Shown piece by piece: positions 61,874 through 64,000 of a stretch of 64,000 nucleotides of DNA. The notes beneath the pieces are model-generated. The model did not search any database and had not been told where the DNA came from. It worked only from the letters and a program-made list of their open reading frames with translations. Every line of letters starts with the position of its first letter. The stretch's first letter is position 1. The stretch covers positions 8,293 to 72,292 of the forward strand of contig JAZOBF010000043.1 in assembly GCA_045595845.1 (NCBI GenBank), in the 5' to 3' direction. The position numbers and the translations under genes are program-made. This DNA comes from Acutalibacteraceae bacterium. Its GTDB lineage: Bacteria; Bacillota; Clostridia; Oscillospirales; Acutalibacteraceae.

Positions 61874-64000
61874 ATGAGACAAATACTGAATCTTAACGAA
61901 AATTGGCTCTTTAAGAAGGACACCACCGATATTACCGCCCGCGACGGTGAGGAGATTTCTATTCCTCACTCGTGGAACGCAATAGACGGCCAAGACGGCG
62001 GAAACGACTACTTCCGCGGCTCGTGCCTTTATGTCAAAACAATTGATAAAGCGTTGCTTCCTGCGGCAGATCTCTACTATCTTGAATTCCGCGGAACCAA
62101 CTCCTCGGCGGATCTTTTTGTCGGCGGGAAAAAGCTCGCTCATCACGACGGGGGGTACTCCACATGGCGTGTTAACATAACTGACGCGCTGACCGATAAG
62201 ACTGACATTGCGCTTATTGTTGATAACAGTGTCAACGACACCGTTTATCCCCAGATGGCAGACTTTACCTTTTACGGCGGTATCTATCGCGATGTCAATC
62301 TGATCTGTGTCAATAACACCCATTTTGATTTGGATTACTACGGCGCCCCCGGTATCAAGATTACGCCTCATGTGGACGGCACAGATGCCTCTGTTGAGGT
62401 CGAAGCCTTTGTCAAGAATCTTGCCGATGGACAGAAGCTGGTCTACGCTATCTACGACAAGGACGAAAACGAGTTGCAGAAGATTGAAACGACAGAAACA
62501 AAGGTTACCTTTGAAATCAAGGATGTTCATCTCTGGCACGGTCGTCGCGACCCCTATCTCTATTGTTGTGAAGTCGAGATTGTTGAAAATGGCGAGGTGC
62601 TAGACAATGTATGCAATCGTTTCGGTTGCCGCACCTTCAAAATCGATCCCGACAACGGTTTCATCCTCAACGGCGAGGAATATCCTCTGCGCGGCGTATC
62701 GCGTCATCAGGATCGATGGGGAGTCGGAAACGCACTTCTTCCCAAGCATCACGAAGAGGACATGGATCTTATCTGTGAGGTGGGCGCCACCACGATCCGT
62801 CTCGCCCACTATCAGCACGATCAGTATTTTTACGATCTTTGCGACGAACGCGGTCTTGTGATCTGGGCAGAGATTCCCTACATTTCAAAGCATATGCCGG
62901 GTGGGCGTGAAAACACGATTTTGCAGATGAAAGAGCTTGTAGCGCAAAATTATAACCACCCCTCTATCGTTGTCTGGGGGCTTTCCAATGAGATCTCCAT
63001 CGGTGGCTCAGACGAGGACCTTCTTGAAAATCACCGCATTCTCAACGACCTCGTTCACGAGATGGACCCGACGCGTTTGACAACTATTGCCGCTGTTTCC
63101 ATGTGTAAAATGGACGATCCGTATCTTTTGATTCCGGATGTCGTATCCTACAACCATTATTTTGGCTGGTACGGCGGAGACACTTCCATGAACGGGCCTT
63201 GGTTTGACAAATTTCACGAAACACATCCCCGTATTCCGATCGGCTGTTCGGAATACGGTTGTGAGGCACTCAATTGGCACACCTCCGATCCGAAACAGGG
63301 TGACTATACCGAGGAATATCAGGCATATTACCACGAGGAGCTCATCAAACAGCTCTTTACCCGCAAGTATCTCTGGGCAACCCATGTGTGGAATATGTTT
63401 GACTTCGGCGCTGATGCAAGAGCCGAGGGTGGTGAAAACGGACAAAACCATAAAGGTCTTGTTACCTTTGACCGCTCTTATAAAAAGGACTCGTTCTATG
63501 CGTATAAGGCATGGCTCGTTTCTCCAAAAGTCGATCCCTTCGTGCATTTGTGCTCAAAGAGATATGTGGATAGGGTAGAGGATGTAACAAAGGTTACCGT
63601 ATATTCCAATCTTCCCGAGGTGGAGCTGTTCGTAAACGGCGAGAGCATAGGCACCAAGACGGCAGAAGATCACTTCTTCTATTTCGATGTCAAGAACGAG
63701 GGTGAGAGTCATATCGTTGCAAAAGCAGGTGAGTATACCGACGAAGGAACGATACGCAAGGTCGATGAAATGAACATGGATTATGTTCTTGTCGAAAAGG
63801 GTGCCGTTCTTAACTGGTTCGACATCAATGCTCCCGAAGGACGCTTTTCGCTCAACGATAAGATTTCCGACATTATGGAATCGAAGCGAGGAAAGCTGTG
63901 GTTCTTAGGTGTTGGCCTGGCCATCAAGAAGAAGATGGACGGCAACAAAAAAGGTAGCAAAGGCGAGAAAAAGTCCGGCGGTTTTGAGGTGAATCTCAAA
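61874..64000 (+). CDS. Glycoside hydrolase family 2 enzyme (beta-glucuronidase/beta-galactosidase type), 3' end off-window; not in the ORF track
   Basis: My translation from the ATG at 61874 stays open for 709 codons to the window edge. Landmarks: LNENWLF, RLAHYQHD, acid/base WGLSNEIS, nucleophile GCSEYG, and NHK (63446-54) within ENGQNHKGLVTFDR. Confidence 0.85.
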   Translation, partial: MRQILNLNENWLFKKDTTDITARDGEEISIPHSWNAIDGQDGGNDYFRGSCLYVKTIDKALLPAADLYYLEFRGTNSSADLFVGGKKLAHHDGGYSTWRVNITDALTDKTDIALIVDNSVNDTVYPQMADFTFYGGIYRDVNLICVNNTHFDLDYYGAPGIKITPHVDGTDASVEVEAFVKNLADGQKLVYAIYDKDENELQKIETTETKVTFEIKDVHLWHGRRDPYLYCCEVEIVENGEVLDNVCNRFGCRTFKIDPDNGFILNGEEYPLRGVSRHQDRWGVGNALLPKHHEEDMDLICEVGATTIRLAHYQHDQYFYDLCDERGLVIWAEIPYISKHMPGGRENTILQMKELVAQNYNHPSIVVWGLSNEISIGGSDEDLLENHRILNDLVHEMDPTRLTTIAAVSMCKMDDPYLLIPDVVSYNHYFGWYGGDTSMNGPWFDKFHETHPRIPIGCSEYGCEALNWHTSDPKQGDYTEEYQAYYHEELIKQLFTRKYLWATHVWNMFDFGADARAEGGENGQNHKGLVTFDRSYKKDSFYAYKAWLVSPKVDPFVHLCSKRYVDRVEDVTKVTVYSNLPEVELFVNGESIGTKTAEDHFFYFDVKNEGESHIVAKAGEYTDEGTIRKVDEMNMDYVLVEKGAVLNWFDINAPEGRFSLNDKISDIMESKRGKLWFLGVGLAIKKKMDGNKKGSKGEKKSGGFEVNLK

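Noticed and set aside
61805-63547. Minus-strand ORFs of 244 and 179 aa plus short plus-strand fragments listed in the track
   Set aside because: All are overlapped by one uninterrupted 709-codon GH2 reading frame starting at 61874 with clear catalytic motifs.
1-64000. Search by eye for rRNA, tRNA, CRISPR arrays, transposases, integrases, toxin-antitoxin or known defence genes
   Set aside because: No spaced direct-repeat arrays and no tRNA-like cloverleaf candidates turned up in the intergenic gaps, which are mostly filled by promoters and terminators. No ORF has recombinase, transposase or nuclease-defence signatures. tRNA absence in particular should be confirmed with tRNAscan-type tools.

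Overview
This window looks like core chromosome from a spore-forming, fairly GC-rich Firmicute of the Clostridia type. The evidence is the spoIIAA-spoIIAB-sigF operon, spoIIR, a spoVAE homologue, clostridial 2x[4Fe-4S] ferredoxin, class III RNR, and Gram-positive RBS and terminator styles. I can support about 70 protein genes. Most are housekeeping: ABC-2/GldG/DUF4340 module, ribF, rsmI, dnaD/dnaI-like, nagA, uppP, comM, ispE, trxB, nrdDG, recA-recX, rimO, pgsA, cysE-cysS, ldh, alr, metK, rsmD, coaD. Two cis-regulatory RNAs are clear: a Cys-specific T-box before cysE-cysS and a SAM-I riboswitch before metK. There are also NrdR boxes and many intrinsic terminators. I saw no rRNA, tRNA, CRISPR array, transposase or integrase. 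Three real genes are absent from the supplied ORF track: a 56-aa ferredoxin, a 41-aa X-Gln-Asn repeat micro-ORF, and a GH2 glycosidase that runs off the right edge. Many long antisense ORFs in the track are GC-driven artefacts. I found no recognisable defence or mobile system. The candidates most worth follow-up are: (1) a zinc-ribbon/PASTA protein with a kinase fold whose catalytic motifs are all degenerate, packed into a dnaD-like/dnaI-like/X/nagA operon; (2) the free-standing micro-gene made of 13 perfect X-Q-N triplets; (3) a NifU-like plus GGGtGRT-family gene pair of unknown function; (4) NrdD with a C-terminal CPNC thioredoxin-fold domain next to trxB; (5) a RibF-HAD triple-domain fusion; (6) a tri-cistronic set of coupled small unknown ORFs; (7) a small AT-rich islet with two XRE regulators, GTAAC-N5-GTTAC operators and a Cys-motif lipoprotein; (8) a lower-GC glucuronide/hexuronate utilisation locus at the right end. 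All coordinates were hand-derived from the printed sequence, and no database search was possible.
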